NCBI GenBank assembly: GCA_905236805.1
Contig: CAJOPH010000029.1
Location: forward strand, 1 to 57,277
Direction: 5' to 3'
Origin: an uncultured Eubacterium sp.
GTDB lineage: Bacteria > Bacillota > Clostridia > Lachnospirales > Lachnospiraceae
DNA: 57,277 nucleotides
The notes beneath the pieces are model-generated. The model was not told where the DNA came from. It saw only the letters and a program-made list of their open reading frames with translations, and did no database searches. The position numbers were made by a program, and so were the translations under genes. Positions 19,417-29,765 of the stretch are shown piece by piece (the stretch's first letter is position 1; the number at the start of each line of letters is the position of its first letter).

Positions 19417-20040
19417 TTATTTTCCCTGCCTCCTGCTGTATACGCATCCGCAATAGTTCTGCCTGTACAGGCCATATTCCTTGGATAGCTCTATGCTCCT
19501 TTTGTATCCGTCTTTTTTCTTGAAATCCGAAGGAAGAAAGCTTACGCCCCTCTCCTTCGATATCCCTTCCCCTATGTCATTTAACGCTTTTGCGTTCTTT
19601 AAGGGGCTGATGGTCAGCGTGGTGGTAAAATAATCATATCCGCCTTCCCGGGCCACCTCCCCCGCCCTGTTTAGCCTTAGGTAAAAACACTCCATGCACC
19701 TTTTCCCCCCCTCGGGCTCATCTTCAAGCCCCCGCACGGCCTTAAAAAATTCATTTGGGTCATACCTGTCTTTGATAAGTCCTATGGGATTGGGCGGATG
19801 TGTCTTTTGTGTAAACTCGTTTATGTAGCGTTCTATTTCCCCCTCCCTCTTTTTGTACTCTTCCTCCATCGAGATATTGGGATTGTAATAATCCACGGTG
19901 ATCTTAAAATACCCCGAGAGATACTCCAGGCAGTAGCTGGAACACGGAGCGCAGCAGGCATGCAGAAGGAGGGTCGGGGTGATGTCTGCTTTTTTGTTTT
20001 TTTCTATGATGAAGTCTAATTCTTTTTGATAATTTTTCAT
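19417..20040 (-). CDS. queH: epoxyqueuosine reductase QueH (DUF208)
   Basis: 207 aa with LLHACCAPCSSY and the C-terminal YRQNYCGC cysteine motifs characteristic of QueH. Confidence 0.8.
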   Translation of the reverse strand: MKNYQKELDFIIEKNKKADITPTLLLHACCAPCSSYCLEYLSGYFKITVDYYNPNISMEEEYKKREGEIERYINEFTQKTHPPNPIGLIKDRYDPNEFFKAVRGLEDEPEGGKRCMECFYLRLNRAGEVAREGGYDYFTTTLTISPLKNAKALNDIGEGISKERGVSFLPSDFKKKDGYKRSIELSKEYGLYRQNYCGCVYSRRQGK

Positions 20041-20102
20041 GGGTGTCCCCGTACAAAGCGGCTATTTTCGTTTACTATAACTCGTTCGTGATAAAACCGA
20101 GA

Positions 20103-20128
20103 AGGAGGGGGATATAAATCCCCCTCCT
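20103..20128 (-). terminator. rho-independent terminator downstream of the chemoreceptor gene
   Basis: A perfect 11-bp stem AGGAGGGGGAT/ATCCCCCTCCT with a 4-nt loop. On the minus strand it is followed by TTCTCGGTTTTAT. Confidence 0.65.
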
Positions 20129-20171
20129 GCCTGATCTTCTTTGCCCATCAGGAGCAATCAAAATTCTCTTT

Positions 20172-22295
20172 TTATTCTTCCTGCCCTTCCGCGGATGAGA
20201 CCTGATCTTCTGAAATCTTGAAGATGGACAGCTCCTTATCCATGTCGTCCGCAATCCTCGATACGTTGGTCGCAGTCTCTGAAATATCTGCCATCAGGTC
20301 ATTTACTATGGTAACGGAAGCCGATGTCTCCTCGGTACCTGCCGCATTCTCTTCGGCTATGGCAGAGAGGTTCTCCACGACATCCACCACGCTCTGGCGG
20401 GCACCGTCCATGTCATGGGTACGCCTGGATATCTCGTTTAATCCATCCAGGGCCCGGCTTATACCATCCTTCACATCCTGGAAGATCTCACCGGTATTCC
20501 TTACGAGCTCCGACTGCTCATCCATGACCTTCCTTACCCTCTCCATAGTATCCACCGACTGCTGTGAGTCCGCAATGAGGGCTGCTATGACCGCATCTAT
20601 CTGCTGCGCGGAAGATGACGACTGCTCGGCGAGCTTTTGGATCTGGGATGCAACGACCGCAAAGCCCTTGCCCTGTTCGCCTGCCCTGGCCGCCTCTATG
20701 GAAGCATTGAGCGAAAGGAGGTTCGTCTCTTCCGCTATAGATGTGATAATCTCCGTAGCGGACTTTATCTTCATGGCCGATTCATTGGTCGTGTTCGTCT
20801 GCTCATATATCTCATTCATGGCCTGGGATGTCTGTTCCCCTATTGCTACGAGCTTGTCGATGACATCCGTCACCTCCAAAGATGCCTTCTGCATGTTCTC
20901 TGACGTGACCATGATGGATGCCGTCGCGGTAGCGGCATCTTGTATCTGGTTGCCTATCTCTACCACGGCACCCGAGGCATTCTCAGTCTCATTTGCCTGG
21001 GATGTGGCACCTTCTGCTATATCGTGTACGGCTACTTCCACCTGGTTTACATTCTGAAGCGTCTGGTCTGATATTTCCGCCAGATTGTCCGAAGCAGAGG
21101 CAAGCTCATGCCCGTGCTCCTGAAGGGCACGTACGGCCGATGTCACCGCATCCGTAAGTGCCAAGGTAGCTTTGGCCATCGCACCGACCTCGTCCTTTTG
21201 GTTTGCGTATGAGCGAAGCTTTGAAGACTTCGTCATATCCATGGATTCTGCTATCTCACTTATGGTATGACCCACCGACACAAGACCCTTCACGCTGAGC
21301 CTTACCACGATGACCGTAAGGACTGCCACCACCAGAGCCACGATGATCGATATCACTACTACCATCGTGTTCAGGGTCTTCGTATCCGCAAATATTTCGC
21401 TCTTCTTGTCGGATACCACGACCACCACGCCGGTACCGGGGAGATATTCATACGTGGTGAGCACCTGTCCGCCCACCGCCCGGTCATAATATTCAGTGGA
21501 CTGGGGATGGACCGCATCAGCCGATGCGCTGCCTGATGTCTCCTCGGCCGAAGCCGCGCTTATTATGCCAAGGAGGTTTTCATCCTCTATCGCAGATCCT
21601 ATCAGGGTCTCGTCGGGAGCCCATATATAGCTGGAAGAATCAGCACTAAGGAGCATCATGTACGCATTGTCCCACCCATGAAACTCCATGCTGTTTAATA
21701 CATCTATTATGCCGGAGGCATTGATTCCCGCGCCTACATAGCCCACGCCGTTTCCCTGCGTATCATACAGGGGATAGTAATAAACTATAACGACCGCTCC
21801 CGTGGAAGGAGACGCCATGACTCCCCTCAGGTATCCTTCCCCGGAAGCCCACATATTGTCCACTATGCCCTGTACCTGCTTCAAGGCCTCGTCATCTGCG
21901 GTACCCCTGGCTCCCACGGCATCGTGTATGCTGTGCACCAGCTGCACCGACTGGTAATCGCAGGCAAACAGTCCCTCGACATTGGGAAGGAGCGTCGCGT
22001 AGCTGTCCACAAAATCCTGGGCAGCCTGATAGGCGTTGACATTGGAAGGATCTGCGACATAGTCCTGCAAGGCATTCGTCTCGGCGAGCCCCGCCAGGTA
22101 AAGGTCTACCTTTTCCAGGTAATCGATAAACAGCTGTGTCCGAGAATCCGTAGCCTCCATCATCCTCATCTCGGTAGCGTTGCTCATCGAGGAATTCGTC
22201 CTGCTGCTTACTATAAAGGCCAAACAGCTAAGTCCTATCACAATGGCCAAAACCACCACCAGGGAAATCCTGGTGGACATCTTTATATTCTTCAT
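20172..22295 (-). CDS. methyl-accepting chemotaxis protein with an extracellular Cache-type sensor
   Basis: 707 aa: N-terminal TM, an extracellular domain of about 280 aa, a second TM, a HAMP-like linker and a highly conserved MA hairpin ([35 protein letters not shown]). Confidence 0.9.
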   Translation of the reverse strand: MKNIKMSTRISLVVVLAIVIGLSCLAFIVSSRTNSSMSNATEMRMMEATDSRTQLFIDYLEKVDLYLAGLAETNALQDYVADPSNVNAYQAAQDFVDSYATLLPNVEGLFACDYQSVQLVHSIHDAVGARGTADDEALKQVQGIVDNMWASGEGYLRGVMASPSTGAVVIVYYYPLYDTQGNGVGYVGAGINASGIIDVLNSMEFHGWDNAYMMLLSADSSSYIWAPDETLIGSAIEDENLLGIISAASAEETSGSASADAVHPQSTEYYDRAVGGQVLTTYEYLPGTGVVVVVSDKKSEIFADTKTLNTMVVVISIIVALVVAVLTVIVVRLSVKGLVSVGHTISEIAESMDMTKSSKLRSYANQKDEVGAMAKATLALTDAVTSAVRALQEHGHELASASDNLAEISDQTLQNVNQVEVAVHDIAEGATSQANETENASGAVVEIGNQIQDAATATASIMVTSENMQKASLEVTDVIDKLVAIGEQTSQAMNEIYEQTNTTNESAMKIKSATEIITSIAEETNLLSLNASIEAARAGEQGKGFAVVASQIQKLAEQSSSSAQQIDAVIAALIADSQQSVDTMERVRKVMDEQSELVRNTGEIFQDVKDGISRALDGLNEISRRTHDMDGARQSVVDVVENLSAIAEENAAGTEETSASVTIVNDLMADISETATNVSRIADDMDKELSIFKISEDQVSSAEGQEE

Positions 22296-22365
22296 TTTTA
22301 CTACCCCTCTTTCATGGAATTTTTTTGAAAATATAAAAAATATAAATAATCAAACAATTTATGGA

Positions 22366-23589
22366 TCAAAGCTTTATTCCATTTTTCTCACAAAGCTTTT
22401 GCGCACTCTCTACGGAATCCTTGCCCGTCTTGTTCTTTATGGGGGCAAACTCCCTGTCCCTGTCCACCTCATAGGGCAGACACGTAGACAGCTGGTGGAT
22501 CATGTCCAAAACCAACTGCTCGAATTTGTAGCCGTTCGGCTCTTTGGGCTTTACGTAATTTGCGTCGTCATCAATGAAGGGAATCTTCTTTTCCACCACG
22601 TGCATGGGCATGAGATCATCCGACACGGCATCCAGCGCCTTCACCTCAAAGAGGTAGTTCAGTATCACGCCGTATCCATAGGCGTAGCCTCCCTCAGCGT
22701 CTTTGGCGTCTTTCATCTCATCGGAGAGTTCATAGTATTCGACTATGGAAGGTCTCCCATCCTCCAGGCATATGACCCCGACCTTCTCATCGGGCGAAAC
22801 CTTCCTTACGACCTTGGCTCCCACCTGGCACCCCTTGAGGGATGTGGCCCCTATAAACACGGGGTCTGCCATCCTCTGAAGGACATTGTCTACGGCAAAG
22901 ACATTGATGTATTCTATGCCCTCGTCCCTGAGTATACTGTCTAAGCCCGCCCTTTTAAGGGACGAATACCACCCTGCGTTGCCGTTGGGGGAGGTGGCGA
23001 TGCGCCCTTTTTCCTCCATGTAGACCTTTCCATTGTAATCACATGCGGGTGCCATCTCCTGTGGAAAAAAATGCACAAACGACGGATCATATCCAAAGTA
23101 ATCATGCTCCTTCATAAAATCCACGGTCCGGGCATGGTTCTTTTCGCTGGTCATGATGAAAAGGTGAATCTTTACGGCCAGGGGAACTGTCACATCCATC
23201 AGGTTTTCGATGAGACGCTGGAACACATATACGGGATGGGTCTTACCTAAGTCAAATGCTCCCTTTGGACCATCCGCCCCCAGACGGGTACCCATGCCCC
23301 CCGCCAAAAGCAGGCACGCTGCCTTCCCGTCCTTTATGATGCGGGCCCCTTCCTCATAATACTCATCCCTCCGTTCATTTATCTGTGGGATGGAAAGGGC
23401 ATCAAGCGGCGAAAAGACTCCCCTTTGGACCTTGTCCTTCCCCTCTATGTAGGAAAGAATCCCGAAGTCAGTCTCTTCTATCTGCGAAAGAAGGGCTTTT
23501 TTTTCATCATCATCCAGCCCGTCATAGTACCTTAATATATGCTCCTGGCCATAGTCTCTAAGCTTCTTTTCTGCTTCACTGTAGTCCAT
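22366..23589 (-). CDS. UDP-sugar pyrophosphorylase of the eukaryotic-type UAP1/AGX (UDPGP) family
   Basis: 407 aa. LLLAGGMGTRLGADGPKG closely matches the UAP1 signature LLLAGGQGTRLG..PKG. SPNGNAG is also present. Confidence 0.75.
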   Translation of the reverse strand: MDYSEAEKKLRDYGQEHILRYYDGLDDDEKKALLSQIEETDFGILSYIEGKDKVQRGVFSPLDALSIPQINERRDEYYEEGARIIKDGKAACLLLAGGMGTRLGADGPKGAFDLGKTHPVYVFQRLIENLMDVTVPLAVKIHLFIMTSEKNHARTVDFMKEHDYFGYDPSFVHFFPQEMAPACDYNGKVYMEEKGRIATSPNGNAGWYSSLKRAGLDSILRDEGIEYINVFAVDNVLQRMADPVFIGATSLKGCQVGAKVVRKVSPDEKVGVICLEDGRPSIVEYYELSDEMKDAKDAEGGYAYGYGVILNYLFEVKALDAVSDDLMPMHVVEKKIPFIDDDANYVKPKEPNGYKFEQLVLDMIHQLSTCLPYEVDRDREFAPIKNKTGKDSVESAQKLCEKNGIKL

Positions 23590-23637
23590 GTAATAATAAG
23601 CTTCCTCCTTGTTGGTTTAATCGCTGTACCCGTATGG

Positions 23638-24678
23638 TTACTCCTCACCCAGTATGAGTTCCTTTATGCCCACGCCCTTACCCATGAACGGCATGGTAAG
23701 GTCGAATAATTTGTCCCCGTAACGCACCACGGGAAGGGAGAGGTTTGACTGGTTGATGGCGGATATCTCGGCTACCTTTCCGTTGGTCAAAACCACCTTT
23801 TTCCCGACATAATTTGAAAGGACGTTGTAAAGGAACTCACTTAGATACTTGGGATCATAGTCCGTGCCATTGTTCGAGGTCATGATGGCAGTGACCGTGA
23901 AGGGCTGCATGGCTCTTCTGTATGCGCGATTTGCGGTCATCGCCTCGAAGGTATCCACTATCGCGATTATGGATCCATAGCGCGTGATGTTCCCACCCTT
24001 AAGTCCCATCGGATAGCCCGATCCGTTAAACCTCTCATGGTGATTTAACGCAACGATACTGATGTCATCCTCGATGCCGGCTTCCTTGAGGATCTTCTGC
24101 CCGTAGATGCAGTGCTTTTTTATCATTGACATTTCCTGCTTCGTAAGCTTTCCTTCCTTGTCCAGTATGGAAAGGGGTATCCTCAGCTTCCCCACGTCAT
24201 GAACCAGTCCCGCCAGGAGTACATTTTCCTTATCACGGGGAGACATATTCAGCCAGGTAGCCAGCTCATAGCTGATGAGGGCCACGTTTATCGAATGCGC
24301 GAACACGGTACTGGAAAAGCTCATTAGCTTGTTTATGAAATGAAGGTAAATCTCGCTCTTTGGCGAATCATACACGACCTTGGCCAAAAGCTCAGCCTGC
24401 CTCTCCACATCCTCTTTGGTGGTAAAGATCACCCTGTTTACGGACTCCTCTATGGCCTCCACGAAAATCTTCTTCGTATCGGATACATCCATGGGGTCGG
24501 AATCGGGGTCATCCATGAGTACGGATACCTTCTTCACCCTCGCCCTGCGGATGACCCTGATGTCATTGTCCGTTAAGGACTTGCCACCGGGAATAAGATC
24601 GGTTCCCAGGGGAGTCTTTACCCTCTTGCCAAGAACCATACCTATTCTGATATCGCTAACAGGAATATCCACTATCAT
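23638..24678 (-). CDS. HD-GYP domain protein (predicted c-di-GMP phosphodiesterase)
   Basis: 346 aa with HDVGKLRIP and HHERFNGSGYPMG, i.e. the HD and GYP motifs. The beta-rich N-terminal domain resembles DUF3391. Confidence 0.85.
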   Translation of the reverse strand: MIVDIPVSDIRIGMVLGKRVKTPLGTDLIPGGKSLTDNDIRVIRRARVKKVSVLMDDPDSDPMDVSDTKKIFVEAIEESVNRVIFTTKEDVERQAELLAKVVYDSPKSEIYLHFINKLMSFSSTVFAHSINVALISYELATWLNMSPRDKENVLLAGLVHDVGKLRIPLSILDKEGKLTKQEMSMIKKHCIYGQKILKEAGIEDDISIVALNHHERFNGSGYPMGLKGGNITRYGSIIAIVDTFEAMTANRAYRRAMQPFTVTAIMTSNNGTDYDPKYLSEFLYNVLSNYVGKKVVLTNGKVAEISAINQSNLSLPVVRYGDKLFDLTMPFMGKGVGIKELILGEE

Positions 24679-24748
24679 CTAACATACCTCGTAAGAAACG
24701 CATTAATCCATTGCGCTTGCCGCAACAACACAGACGGTATCACGTGCT

Positions 24749-24777
24749 ATTATATCACAAATTGACAAACCATGCAA
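24749..24777 (-). promoter_or_regulatory. sigma-A promoter with extended -10, upstream of the HD-GYP gene
   Basis: The minus strand reads TTGCAT (24772-24777), a 17-nt spacer, then TGATATAAT, with the TATAAT at 24749-24754. Confidence 0.6.
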
Positions 24778-24796
24778 TAAGATTTTTTATGGAATC

Positions 24797-26506
24797 TTAC
24801 TTGACAGACAGCCTCCTGTACCTGTTCATGGTGCCCATGAACAGGGCCTTTGGAGCCATCGCAAAGCCCCCGGATACCGTGCCCCCGTCAAACAGCTTCT
24901 CCAACCCTTCCTTTTCCAGGATAGTGTAAAGCTCGTCCGCAATCTCCCTCAGGGTCTTTCTCCCGTTTACCAAATGCAGGTAGGAGTATTTTAACGCCGC
25001 GCACAAAAAAGCCGTCTGCTCCCTGTCTGTTATCTGCTCTAGTCCCCTTAGATCCACGGTTTCCTTGGATATGGAAAAAGAATCAACAGTGATGACCTTT
25101 GACTTTATCCTTTTGTCGGATAAGAGCGCCCTGTCCTGAAGAATCACCCTGTCAAAAGAAGGAAGGTCTATTTCTTCATAACTATCCCTGCTTTCTTCTT
25201 TTATTTCATTTTCGGCCACCTTCCCGGCTTCCCCGGTTACGTCTAAAGGTTCGTACTGCTCCATCTGGATCACCCGGTCAGATACATCAAAAAATGCCCC
25301 CGAGCTTCCGGCCACGAGTATCGTGGAAATACCGAATTTTTCATAGAGCATGCGTACCCTGGATATGAAGGGACGTATGGGCTCTTTCCCCTGGGAAACC
25401 ACCTTTCTCATGATGGCGTCCCTGACCATGAAATTGGTGGCGCAGGTATCTTCATCTATGAGAAGAAGCTTCGTCCCTGCCTCTATGGCCTCTATGGTGT
25501 TGGCCGCCTGGGAGGTGCTGCCCGACGCGTCCTCCGTGTCAAACAGCACCGTATCCTTTCCGTTGGGAAGATCCCTTATGAACATCGAAATATCCGTATG
25601 GCAAATGGCCCTTCCATCCTCAGCCCTCACCTTTACCGCTGTCCGGTCCGATGCCACATACTCCCTGCCATCGCCCAAAATATGGTTGTACACCCCTGAC
25701 TCCAGGGCTTTTAACAATGTGGATTTGCCGTGGTAGCCTCCCCCAATGATGAGGGTTACCCCGTTTTTTATTCCCATTCCCCGGATCTTTCCCTTCCTGG
25801 GCAATTCTATCTCCACGGCCAGCTCATCAGGGGATCTGAAAGGATATGCTTCCTTCATGGGAACGTCCACGGCCCCTGATTTCCTGGGCAATATGGAGCC
25901 ATCCGCGACAAAGGCCGCATAGTCATTTTCCTTCAGGTATTTTCTCAGATAGACCTGGTCATCGGAAAGAAGGAGCTGCGCCTTCATCCTTCTTTTGTCG
26001 TAATTTTCATGGAGGAGGGAATCATTTACTATTTCGGGAAGTATGTCAAAGAGCATCTTTATCAGCCTGTGGGATGTGATCCTCCTTCCGTTTGCGGGAA
26101 ACCCCGCCTCGAAACGGACCGTTACATCCCCCGTGGGCAAGACCCTTACGGCGCTTCTTTCAAGAATCTGCTGTGAGGGCCTTGAGACAAACATCATCCC
26201 GCTCTTCCCGGAGCCTCCCTCGGTGCGCCCTTCCTTTGAGAGCCTTGCCGAAAAATACCTTAACAGCATGTCCTCAAGCGCTATCCTCCTGTGCGCCTGG
26301 TAGTATTCCTTAGGGATCCCCGCTACCTTGGAAGGCACCCTCACGGAAAGTTTTGACGGAGACGCGAAAGGATCGCCCTGCACATGGTCTATCCCCAGCA
26401 CATAGTCACCAAAATCCCACAGCCCCCTTGCATCCTTGTATGCGGGATAGCTCTTTCCATCGATACTTAAAAGCAGTTTTTTTAAATCTTCTTTTGGTTT
26501 TTGCAT
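24797..26506 (-). CDS. ABC_ATPase family protein (predicted ATPase of the ABC class, PF09818-like)
   Basis: 569 aa. The N-terminus IDGKSYPAYKDARGLWDFGDYVLGIDHVQGDPFASPS is characteristic of the family. Walker A GGGYHGKSTLL and Walker B LLLIDEDT are present. Confidence 0.75.
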   Translation of the reverse strand: MQKPKEDLKKLLLSIDGKSYPAYKDARGLWDFGDYVLGIDHVQGDPFASPSKLSVRVPSKVAGIPKEYYQAHRRIALEDMLLRYFSARLSKEGRTEGGSGKSGMMFVSRPSQQILERSAVRVLPTGDVTVRFEAGFPANGRRITSHRLIKMLFDILPEIVNDSLLHENYDKRRMKAQLLLSDDQVYLRKYLKENDYAAFVADGSILPRKSGAVDVPMKEAYPFRSPDELAVEIELPRKGKIRGMGIKNGVTLIIGGGYHGKSTLLKALESGVYNHILGDGREYVASDRTAVKVRAEDGRAICHTDISMFIRDLPNGKDTVLFDTEDASGSTSQAANTIEAIEAGTKLLLIDEDTCATNFMVRDAIMRKVVSQGKEPIRPFISRVRMLYEKFGISTILVAGSSGAFFDVSDRVIQMEQYEPLDVTGEAGKVAENEIKEESRDSYEEIDLPSFDRVILQDRALLSDKRIKSKVITVDSFSISKETVDLRGLEQITDREQTAFLCAALKYSYLHLVNGRKTLREIADELYTILEKEGLEKLFDGGTVSGGFAMAPKALFMGTMNRYRRLSVK

Positions 26507-26523
26507 CGTTTGTATCAGCCTTT

Positions 26524-27756
26524 CTATGTTATGTTAAGTCTTCCTATCTCGTATTCACTCATTGCACCCTTGTTGGAAAATCTTACCGGCTTCCCATCCC
26601 ACCTTCTTTTCATGCTTCCCATGATGTGGTAATTTCCCTTGGGAAGATCCGATACATCAAGGTCGTAGACCTTCTCCTTTCCGGGCAGTATCTCACGTGG
26701 GGATATGATGTAATCTTCCTTCGTGCCTGCCCCCTCCTTACCCTTTGCCACTATGGAAAGCTCTATCCCCCTGGAAGCAGTCCCGAATCCGGCGTTCCTT
26801 ATCTGGATCTTTACGTGCTTTGTTTTTTTGTCAAAAAAAACCTGGCGCACCATGAGGGCATATCCCAGCACCATGGTCAGCTCATCGTAGAGTGAATCTC
26901 CTTCCCCTTCCGCCAGCTTCATGTTTGGAGGCATCATCTTCCATTCATTTAATACCTTTTCGTCATAGGTGGAATTAAGGTACGAAACGTGCATGCTTTT
27001 CATGTCCTCTATGACGGCCTTTGGGCTAATGCCTTCCGTCCCAAAGAGGGCCTCCCCGCCATTGAAGGTATCTATGACGGCCCAGGACTGATACTCCATC
27101 TCTACCTTCCTGTGTCCTTCCTCATAGGTCCCAAGGTCAGTCTTTGAGCCAAACATCGCGTCATTAAAAAGGGGGATTTTTTCATCCTCCGGGAAAAGCC
27201 TCTTGAAAGACGGCCTGCGCAGGGCTATGGGGATGTCTTTGGCCAAAATCTCCCTTAGGTAATAATAGAGCTTTTCGATGTAGAGCTCCCCCGAATACCT
27301 GGAACCATGCATCTCTCCCCAGTTTCCGGTAAATATCCCCTGAAATACGAGGATCCGGTCCGAGAATTCATTTATCACCGGAGCGCAGTAATCCATATGA
27401 AAATAAATCTTTTCTATGGTGGGGGGCTCTTTCAAAGGCGCCTTTCCTTCCAGGTCGTAACATACCCTTAAGATGAGGTCCTTTTCATTGTCCGCAAAAT
27501 ACCTAAGGATGGTCCTTATTTCATCCCTTCCCCCCTCGGGCAGATCATGCCTCGCATAGTTTTCGAGGGAGATCTCCACAAGACACAAAGACTCTTCCTT
27601 CGGCATCTGTATGCAATAGCCTTCCTGGTCCTCATTGCCCAGGATGAACCGGTATACCCTGTACCATCCCCGACCGGGATTACCGGTCTTTTGGAGCCTC
27701 TCCGAAATCCTTCCGGGCTTAAATTCGTATTTGTTTCTGTTTCTTGAAAAAAACAT
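26524..27756 (-). CDS. DUF4874/DUF4832-like glycoside-hydrolase-fold protein, no signal peptide seen
   Basis: 410 aa with the NPGRGWY motif near the N-terminus. The layout is TIM-barrel-like followed by a C-terminal beta-sandwich. There is no N-terminal hydrophobic segment. Confidence 0.5.
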   Translation of the reverse strand: MFFSRNRNKYEFKPGRISERLQKTGNPGRGWYRVYRFILGNEDQEGYCIQMPKEESLCLVEISLENYARHDLPEGGRDEIRTILRYFADNEKDLILRVCYDLEGKAPLKEPPTIEKIYFHMDYCAPVINEFSDRILVFQGIFTGNWGEMHGSRYSGELYIEKLYYYLREILAKDIPIALRRPSFKRLFPEDEKIPLFNDAMFGSKTDLGTYEEGHRKVEMEYQSWAVIDTFNGGEALFGTEGISPKAVIEDMKSMHVSYLNSTYDEKVLNEWKMMPPNMKLAEGEGDSLYDELTMVLGYALMVRQVFFDKKTKHVKIQIRNAGFGTASRGIELSIVAKGKEGAGTKEDYIISPREILPGKEKVYDLDVSDLPKGNYHIMGSMKRRWDGKPVRFSNKGAMSEYEIGRLNIT

Positions 27757-27774
27757 ATTATTTAAGTTGATCCC

Positions 27775-28527
27775 TTAACGTTTTTTTAGAATTTTGTAAT
27801 AAAACACCACCGCACAAAGGTCGTATATCAGGTATATCATATACCATACGGGCTTTAGACCGGAATGCATACTCTTTCCCGTCTCCCTTTGGTACATCAC
27901 GGCGGGTATTTCCACCACCTTGTATCCCAAAAGCAGCATCTGGAGTATCATGTTCGCGTCCGGATAGGTCTCGTCAAAGTGGTTGAACTGCGAATAGTAA
28001 TAAAAAGCATCCCCGGAGAGCCCCTGAAGACCCGTGGTGGGATCATGGAGCTTTTTTCCCGTAAGGAGCCTTATTATGCCCCTGAAGAGCTTTACCGCAA
28101 ACATCTTTACCCCAGATACCGGAAAAGGGGATGACCCCTCCATATACCTGGACCCTAAGACTATGTCGGGATATTTCCCGTCCGCATCTTTCTCCCTTAG
28201 CTTTTGGTAGATTTTTAACACATTTGACGCATCGTGCTGTCCATCCGCATCCATCTGGATTACATAGCTGTAGTTTTTCCGCACCGCGTATTTGTAGCCT
28301 ATCTGGAGGGCGGAACCATACCCCATGTTGAAAATATGGTTCACCAGGCCTTTTGAGGATTCCCTCACGATATCCCCGGTCGAATCCCCTGATGCGTCAT
28401 TTATGACCAAAACATCCGAAAATCCTGAAATATCAGGCTCTGAAAGCCTCTCCAATACCTGCCTTATCGATCCTTCTTCATTGTATGCGGGAAGTATGAT
28501 CAGCACATCCTTGTCGCTCCTTATCAT
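27775..28527 (-). CDS. family 2 glycosyltransferase (polyprenol-phosphate glycosyltransferase-like)
   Basis: 250 aa with ILPAYNEEGSI, INDASGDST and QMDADGQHD (DxD), plus a C-terminal TM. The start overlaps the upstream GT4 stop (ATGA). Confidence 0.85.
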   Translation of the reverse strand: MIRSDKDVLIILPAYNEEGSIRQVLERLSEPDISGFSDVLVINDASGDSTGDIVRESSKGLVNHIFNMGYGSALQIGYKYAVRKNYSYVIQMDADGQHDASNVLKIYQKLREKDADGKYPDIVLGSRYMEGSSPFPVSGVKMFAVKLFRGIIRLLTGKKLHDPTTGLQGLSGDAFYYYSQFNHFDETYPDANMILQMLLLGYKVVEIPAVMYQRETGKSMHSGLKPVWYMIYLIYDLCAVVFYYKILKKR

Positions 28528-29765
28528 GCCATCAGTTCCCCAAGGTCATCTAACATTTCATCATCGTCATATACTATTTTTCCGGCATTTTCCGAAAGAA
28601 GGCTCCTTAATACCTCATCCTTTAGGAGCATCGCCACCTTATCAGCTATGTCCTTTGAATTTACCTTTGCGTAAAGGCCGCTCTTACCATCCTGAAGCTG
28701 CTCTTTGTTGCCGGGCGCAAGCGTAAGCACGATGGGAAGAGCAAGGGTTGCCGCTTCCTGGATGGCTATGCTCTTTCCCTCATAGCGCGAGGGCTGGACG
28801 TAGATATCTGCCTCCTTCATGTAAGGGTAGGGATTGTCCTTTCGTCCCATCAGGATGAAATCATCCTCCAGATTTCTTTCGGATATGAGGCGCTTTGTCC
28901 TTTCTTTCTCTTCACCGTCTCCTATCAGGTACCACCTTACGTTTGTGATGCCTGACTTCTTTAGGTTCCACATGGCGTCCACGGCAAGGTCTGCCCCTTT
29001 TTGGAAATGAAGCCTTGCCACGGTGACTATCCTCTTTCCCCCAAATCCGTCCCCAAACCCCGATCCCTCATCTGCCCTCTTCCTTATGAGATCTTGGTTT
29101 ATGAGGTTTGGAAAAATAAAAGTCTTCCCCATGCAGGATGGGTAAAACATGCAAAATGACGCCCTTACCTCATCGGATACGCAGTATATCCTGTCAAAGG
29201 CATCATAACACTCCCCGTCCATATCCTTCGTATATCCCGACCGGGCGTAATCTATGTGGACAAAGGCGGCCTTTTTTTCCGCATCCACATGATCTGCCAC
29301 ATAATAGCTCGACGCGCCTTCCACAAAGGCAATGGCCAGATCGTAATGTTTTTTCGGTCTCGGAAGCGAATCAGATATCGCCCTCCACAAAAGCTTGTCG
29401 GGCATGATATTTTTTTCACGAAGCATCTTTGAGCCGATCTTTGCCAGGTATAGACCATCCTTAAATATGGTCCCGTTCCTAAAGAGCAGGTGGGATACAT
29501 GCCGGGAAAGCTCTCTTCTCCCCCCTTCTTCAAGGACGGATTCGCTGCTGTAAAAAGGGGAAGGACCCATCTTGTTAAGAAGCCTTACCCCTTTTGGAAC
29601 TTCACCTAACATTTCACCCATGCCGGTCATAATGAGAAGGTCTATATCGTACCTTCGGATGAGCCTTTTTGTCAGCTCCAATGCGGCCATCTCCGCCCCC
29701 GCCTTTGAGAGCGTGTTCACCGCAAAAAAAATCTTCTTCCTGGTCATGTCTTCATCCCCTTTCAT
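28524..29765 (-). CDS. family 4 glycosyltransferase (GT-B, GT1 superfamily)
   Basis: 413 aa. The C-terminal half carries the EGKSIAIQEAATLALPIV (E-x7-E like) motif. Confidence 0.8.
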   Translation of the reverse strand: MKGDEDMTRKKIFFAVNTLSKAGAEMAALELTKRLIRRYDIDLLIMTGMGEMLGEVPKGVRLLNKMGPSPFYSSESVLEEGGRRELSRHVSHLLFRNGTIFKDGLYLAKIGSKMLREKNIMPDKLLWRAISDSLPRPKKHYDLAIAFVEGASSYYVADHVDAEKKAAFVHIDYARSGYTKDMDGECYDAFDRIYCVSDEVRASFCMFYPSCMGKTFIFPNLINQDLIRKRADEGSGFGDGFGGKRIVTVARLHFQKGADLAVDAMWNLKKSGITNVRWYLIGDGEEKERTKRLISERNLEDDFILMGRKDNPYPYMKEADIYVQPSRYEGKSIAIQEAATLALPIVLTLAPGNKEQLQDGKSGLYAKVNSKDIADKVAMLLKDEVLRSLLSENAGKIVYDDDEMLDDLGELMA

